DNA of 30,890 bases from Candidatus Iainarchaeum sp. GTDB taxonomy: Archaea > Iainarchaeota > Iainarchaeia > Iainarchaeales > CSSED10-239. Within the stretch, counting starts at the first letter, position 1. Every line of letters begins with the position of its first letter. Where the stretch lies: the NCBI GenBank assembly GCA_028700115.1, contig JAQVTI010000012.1, positions 1-30,890 on the forward strand. Reading direction: 5' to 3'. Of this stretch, positions 26,844 through 30,890 are shown in pieces. The notes beneath the pieces were generated by a model, which saw nothing but the letters and a program-made list of their open reading frames with translations, was not told the DNA's origin and searched no databases. A program made the position numbers and the translations under genes.

Positions 26844-27875
26844 TTAAAAAACCTTAAATTTTAAAACACCAATTATACCTGAAAAAGAATTTAAAGTTTT
26901 TGAAATATCTTCATGAGATAAATCTACAACATGCACTTTTGTTTTAGTTTTATCTGCATCAATTATTAGATTTTGGATAGAATCTATATTTTTCCTCCAA
27001 AAACTTTCTGAAATTAAAATAAAATCAATTATCCCTAATGTCATGTATTTATTAATATCATTATATCCATAAATAGCTTTATTACTAGACTTACCTAACT
27101 CTTCTTTAAATTTTTCAATCATTTCCTTTTCTTTAAAAATAATAGAATCTTTAAAAAATAAAGAAACTTCTTTTTTAGTAAAAAGTTCATTAATAGAAGA
27201 CTTAGATGTATTTTGTAAAGATACTTCTGAAATTCTTAATAAACTAGATTTAGATTTTAAAAATTTACTAAATCTAGACTTATAATGACCTGGACCTGCA
27301 ATAATAATAGGATTATTTTTAGATAAACAATTATAAACTTCTTCAAAAAAAGAAAAAGAATAATCTGATTTTTCAGAAAATCTTTTTCCACTTTTTCCAG
27401 AAGCAATCTTAGAAATAGATTTAACACCAATATCTGTAAGTTCAAAAATTTCTGCAAATTCATCATCAATTACAACTAAATTAATTTTATTAGTAATTTT
27501 AGAACTATTTTTAATTAAATTAATTTCATGATCAAAAAAATTCTTTTTTTCTAAAGAATATTTTTCATTAAGTTTAATTTCTAAAGTATGGAATTCGCCC
27601 TTAGGTGCAAGATCACTTGGAGATGAATTATTAATTATCCCTGTAAATCTTAAAGAATTTAAAAAAGAACTATATTCAATTTTATTAATTTCTAAACAAA
27701 CAAAAACAGGTTTTCTTTCAGAATTATTTGTATCTTCCTGCTTTTGACGTCTATAACTTTTTCCAGAAATTAAATCTTTTTCAAAAGAAATATTTTTTAA
27801 AACCCATAAATCTTCTATAGTTTGAGGGATAAACACTAATTTTTTTAATTTTTTATTTAATTCTAAAATATTCAT
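26844..27875 (-). CDS. pelA: Pelota (Dom34 homolog), ribosome rescue factor
   Basis: MNILELNKK...PQTIEDLWVLKNISFEKDLISGKSYRR N-domain, with eRF1-like central and C-terminal domains. ATG at 27875 preferred over the track's TTG at 27884. Confidence 0.85.
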   Translation of the reverse strand: MNILELNKKLKKLVFIPQTIEDLWVLKNISFEKDLISGKSYRRQKQEDTNNSERKPVFVCLEINKIEYSSFLNSLRFTGIINNSSPSDLAPKGEFHTLEIKLNEKYSLEKKNFFDHEINLIKNSSKITNKINLVVIDDEFAEIFELTDIGVKSISKIASGKSGKRFSEKSDYSFSFFEEVYNCLSKNNPIIIAGPGHYKSRFSKFLKSKSSLLRISEVSLQNTSKSSINELFTKKEVSLFFKDSIIFKEKEMIEKFKEELGKSSNKAIYGYNDINKYMTLGIIDFILISESFWRKNIDSIQNLIIDADKTKTKVHVVDLSHEDISKTLNSFSGIIGVLKFKVF

Positions 27876-27884
27876 ATATATCAA

Positions 27885-29402
27885 TCATTTTTTTATAAGA
27901 CTATTAAACATATATTTAGGTTTTTTAATATCTAATAAATCTAAAATTGTTGGGGCTATATTTGCTAAACCTAAAGATTTTGTTTTCAATAAAGAATATT
28001 TTTTAGAAGAAACTAAAATAAAAAACACTTTATGTAAACTATGAGATGTATTGATAGTTCTATTTTCATTAACCATTTCATCACAATTACCGTGATCAGA
28101 AGTAATAATTAAAGTAGTATCTTCTAAATTAATTTTTGAAAAAATTTTACCAATACAAGAATCTATTTTTTCAATACCTTTAATAGTAGATAAAATATTT
28201 CCAGTATGCCCAACCATATCTCCATTAGCAAAATTTACAACAAATAAAGAATAATCTTTATTTAAATTTTTCAAAAGATTATTAGTAATTTTATCAACAG
28301 ACATTTCTGGTTTTAAATCATAGGTAGAAACCTTTGGGGAAGGTACTAAAATTCTATCTTCATTTTTAAAAGGTTTTTCAAAACCTTGATTAAAAAAATA
28401 TGTTACATGCGCATATTTTTCAGTTTCTGCAAGTCTTAATTGTTTTAAATTATTTTTAGAAATAATTTCTCCTAAAGAAATTTCTGAAAATTTAGGAGTA
28501 TACATTGGAAACACCTTTTTTAAAGAATCATCATAAGTTGTTAAACTTATAAAATTTAAATTAAAATTTTTAGTTTTAAACTCTTTAAAAGAATTATCTG
28601 TTAAAATTTTTGAAAACTCTCTTGCTCTATCACTTCTAAAATTATAAAAAATAACACAATCATTTTCTTTAATAATTCCATTTTTATCAAATAAAGTCGG
28701 CACTATAAATTCATCTGTAATATTTTTTTTATAACAATTTTTAACAAAAGAAGAAACATTTTCTTGAGAAAAATTATTTCCTAAAACTAAACAATCATAA
28801 ACTTGTTTTATTCTTTTCCATCTATTATCTCTATCCATTGCAAAAAATCTACCAGATATAGAAGCAATAGAAGTATTATCAATTAAATTAACTTTATGTA
28901 AATATATTTTCAAAAGAGAAATATATTTTAAAACTGACTTAGAATTAACATCTCTTCCATCAGAAAAAATATGAATATAAATATTTTTAAAATTCTTTGA
29001 TTTTAGAATATCTAAAAAAGCAAAAAGATGTGAAATATGAGAATGCACTCCACCATCACTTAAAAGACCAACTAAATGAACTGAAGAATTTTTATTAACA
29101 TGTTTTAATTTAGATAAAAGTATTTTATTTTTAAAAAACTTTTTAGACTTAATATCTTTATTTATTCTTAAAAGATCAGAATCAATTATTCTCCCAGCAC
29201 CAATTGTTTGATGTCCTACTTCAGAACCACCTATTTGACCTTTTGGAAGACCAACATAAGTTTCAGATGCTCCAAGATAGGTTTTAGGATAATTTTTTAA
29301 AAGAAAATCTATATTTGGTTTATTTGCTTTTAAAAAAGCATTTCCATCATAATTTTTATTTACCCCTATACCATCTAAAATTAATAAAACTACTTTTTTC
29401 AT
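27885..29402 (-). CDS. gpmI: 2,3-bisphosphoglycerate-independent phosphoglycerate mutase, long (GpmI) form
   Basis: LILDGIG, GLLSDGGVHSH, ITSDHGN motifs. About 505 aa. GAGGT SD 8 nt upstream of the ATG at 29402 (track start is TTG at 29408). Confidence 0.85.
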   Translation of the reverse strand: MKKVVLLILDGIGVNKNYDGNAFLKANKPNIDFLLKNYPKTYLGASETYVGLPKGQIGGSEVGHQTIGAGRIIDSDLLRINKDIKSKKFFKNKILLSKLKHVNKNSSVHLVGLLSDGGVHSHISHLFAFLDILKSKNFKNIYIHIFSDGRDVNSKSVLKYISLLKIYLHKVNLIDNTSIASISGRFFAMDRDNRWKRIKQVYDCLVLGNNFSQENVSSFVKNCYKKNITDEFIVPTLFDKNGIIKENDCVIFYNFRSDRAREFSKILTDNSFKEFKTKNFNLNFISLTTYDDSLKKVFPMYTPKFSEISLGEIISKNNLKQLRLAETEKYAHVTYFFNQGFEKPFKNEDRILVPSPKVSTYDLKPEMSVDKITNNLLKNLNKDYSLFVVNFANGDMVGHTGNILSTIKGIEKIDSCIGKIFSKINLEDTTLIITSDHGNCDEMVNENRTINTSHSLHKVFFILVSSKKYSLLKTKSLGLANIAPTILDLLDIKKPKYMFNSLIKK

Positions 29403-29408
29403 AATCAA

Positions 29409-30383
29409 TTACCTCTTTTTTTTAAACAATTGGAAAGGATGTTTAACCTTACATTCATTTATACAAAGCCCATTACTTTTTAAAGTATCACAATTTGGAA
29501 CAGAATATTTTTTTTCAATTAATTTTTGAATTTGATAACCTGCAATCTTTTTATCAAAATTAGGTAAATTTTTATAAAGTTCTAAAATTTCATCAAATGT
29601 ATAACCTATATTTGATAAAAAAACAGCAAGAGTAAAATTTTCAATATGAGTTAATTTATTCCCAGAAATTAAATTATTATACATTTTAAGAAAGCAAGGA
29701 GGAAAAGAACTAATTTCTGGCTTATTAATTATTTGAACATTAAAAGTATTTTCATTTAAAACTTTATCTTTAATTGAATTTCCATAATCTATAAATAATT
29801 TTGGAAAAGAATCTATTTTTGAATCAATATTTTTCAAAATATTTTTTTTAATAATTATTCCAAAAAAATCAATTAATTCTTCTTTTTTTAAAAAAATAAA
29901 ACCATTTTCTAAATTCATATATTGTAATTTATAATCCTCCCCAAGCTCTAAAAAAAGATAAGAAACAATTGAAATAAAATATTTATCTTTAAGAGAATCA
30001 TATTTTAAATTAGGACAAATATCTTCTAAAATTGAATCAAATTCTTTATTATTTAAAGGTTTATTTAGAAAATAAATTAATTGCTTTTGAAAATGATTGG
30101 CAAATTGTTGATATAATGGATTATAATCTACAACTTTCAATAGAATTCTACAAATAGGATAAAGCTTTACAAAAAATAAAGCCACATTTTCATCTTCAAC
30201 AGATAAATAATTATGCCATTGTTTTTCTTTATCAATTTGGTTTTGGGGAATTGTCCTTAAAAGAAAATAAGCTGCTTTTTTAATATCTTCTTTACTAACT
30301 GATAATAAATCTATATTATGATTTTCTAAAAATAATTTTCCTTTCTTAGAAAAAGGATATCTTATTAAATAATTATACAACAT
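29409..30383 (-). CDS. priL: DNA primase large subunit PriL
   Basis: C-terminal Fe-S domain signature: FPPCF...SVPNCDTLKSNGLCINEC. 324 aa. Confidence 0.85.
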   Translation of the reverse strand: MLYNYLIRYPFSKKGKLFLENHNIDLLSVSKEDIKKAAYFLLRTIPQNQIDKEKQWHNYLSVEDENVALFFVKLYPICRILLKVVDYNPLYQQFANHFQKQLIYFLNKPLNNKEFDSILEDICPNLKYDSLKDKYFISIVSYLFLELGEDYKLQYMNLENGFIFLKKEELIDFFGIIIKKNILKNIDSKIDSFPKLFIDYGNSIKDKVLNENTFNVQIINKPEISSFPPCFLKMYNNLISGNKLTHIENFTLAVFLSNIGYTFDEILELYKNLPNFDKKIAGYQIQKLIEKKYSVPNCDTLKSNGLCINECKVKHPFQLFKKKR

Positions 30384-30464
30384 AATACTAATATTAATAT
30401 ATAAAAATAAATATATACTTATTTATTTTAGAAAAAAATCAAAAAAAATTCAAAAAAAGCTTTA

Positions 30465-30509
30465 GCAAAAATTTGAACCTTGCCTTACGGCAAGAGGACA
30501 AATTTTTGC
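30465..30509 (-). terminator. Nested GC-containing hairpin followed by three U-tracts (terminator-like or structured RNA/DNA element)
   Basis: Outer 11-bp stem gcaaaaatttg/caaatttttgc encloses an inner 6-bp stem cttgcc/ggcaag with a 4-nt loop (GUAA on the minus strand). The minus-strand transcript continues into T7, T8 and T7 runs at about 30430-30458. Confidence 0.45.
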
Positions 30510-30540
30510 AAGTTTCATGCATTAACAACTTCGCCAAATC

Positions 30541-30561
30541 CGTCTTGCCGTCTTGCCGTCT
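30541..30561. repeat. Tandem 8-mer cgtcttgc x2.6
   Basis: cgtcttgc-cgtcttgc-cgtct. Each unit carries cttgcc, the same hexamer as the 5' arm of the inner hairpin at 30479-30484. Confidence 0.6.
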
Positions 30562-30602
30562 ATCCCGTCAAGATACCAGATAGAAAAATATCAAATCCTT
30601 TT

Positions 30603-30890
30603 TTATGGAACTACTACACACCGGAAACCGAAGGTAAAGTGTCGGGACGAAGGACTAAAGAACAAATCCCGAGAAAGAACTCCGGCATAAGAACCAGCGT
30701 ACCAAGGACCACCCACAAGAAAGGCACGATCATCTATATTATCCCCTCTATCACTATAAAAAGCACCAATTCCATCACTAGTATCATAATTTTTATTTAT
30801 TAAAAAAACATCTTTATAACTTAAACTATTTAAATTAGTCAAAATATCATAAGAAGTAATACCACCTTCAGAATATTCTAACCATTCACT
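30603..30890 (-). CDS. Hypothetical protein, C-terminal part (5' end beyond right edge) with a GGxW...GFRC C-type-lectin/FGE-sulfatase-like terminus
   Basis: The frame is open from the window edge (SEWLEYSEGGITSYDIL precedes the track's TTG). It ends RAFLVGGPWYAGSYAGVLSRDLFFSPSSRHFTFGFRCVVVP. Confidence 0.7.
   Translation of the reverse strand, partial: SEWLEYSEGGITSYDILTNLNSLSYKDVFLINKNYDTSDGIGAFYSDRGDNIDDRAFLVGGPWYAGSYAGVLSRDLFFSPSSRHFTFGFRCVVVP
30606..30713 (-). other. Candidate DGR variable region (VR)
   Basis: In the last 36 codons I count about 26 NNY codons and about 11 A in 108 nt on the sense strand. Arg is coded CGG/CGA, unlike the AGA-rich rest of the window. Confidence 0.45.

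Noticed and set aside
27257-27469. Alternative-frame minus-strand ORF inside pelota
   Set aside because: It is embedded in the Pelota coding frame, and its product is low-complexity.
30440-30520. Possible tRNA on the minus strand, because of GGTTCAAAT (T-loop-like) next to the hairpin
   Set aside because: I could not build an acceptor stem (ctaaagc has no 5' partner) or D and anticodon arms. The helix geometry does not fit a cloverleaf.
30541-30561. Tandem 8-mer as a mini CRISPR or microsatellite
   Set aside because: Only about 2.6 contiguous units with no spacers. It is better interpreted as part of the structured 3' element.
30480-30803. 107-aa plus-strand ORF (MPYGKRTNFCKF...) across the GC-rich island
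   Set aside because: It starts inside the hairpin and runs antisense to the GGxW...GFRC terminus. It is open only because the island is GC-rich, and no family resemblance was seen.

Overview
Extremely AT-rich, very gene-dense archaeal window with standard genetic code, many 0-60 nt spacers or overlapping stop/start codons, and GGTG-type Shine-Dalgarno motifs ahead of many starts. The gene content is PriS, PriL, GINS, PCNA, Orc1/Cdc6, Rad50, HerA, aIF2-alpha, RpoK, S17e, Pelota, EndA, diphthine synthase, DRG GTPase and CDC48. Together with the compaction, this suggests a reduced-genome, DPANN-like archaeon (inference only). Two things stand out from the housekeeping background. (1) At least 11 class III signal peptide (type IV pilin-like) genes of two sequence classes lie in four places. 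Two Q-x-S-x-E pilin-like genes at 8085-8718 are translationally coupled to a small HExxH membrane protein at 8715-9227. A four-gene overlapping operon of pilin-like genes sits at 11614-13059. Three tandem SPLIATV-type pilins at 14648-16190 lie downstream of a split TadB/TadC-like platform at 16291-18008. A fourth SPLIATV-type pilin start is hidden at 1-107. No secretion ATPase or A24 prepilin peptidase is visible in the window. (2) At the right edge, an edge-truncated gene ends in a locally GC-rich, adenine-poor, NNY-codon-rich C-terminus with a GGxW...GFRC scaffold. This looks like a diversity-generating retroelement (DGR) variable region. It is followed by a GC-rich structured 3' region at 30465-30602. 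I recognised no rRNA, tRNA, CRISPR array or transposase. Coordinates not taken from the ORF track were hand-counted and may be off by 1-2 nt; long homopolymers are hard to count by eye.
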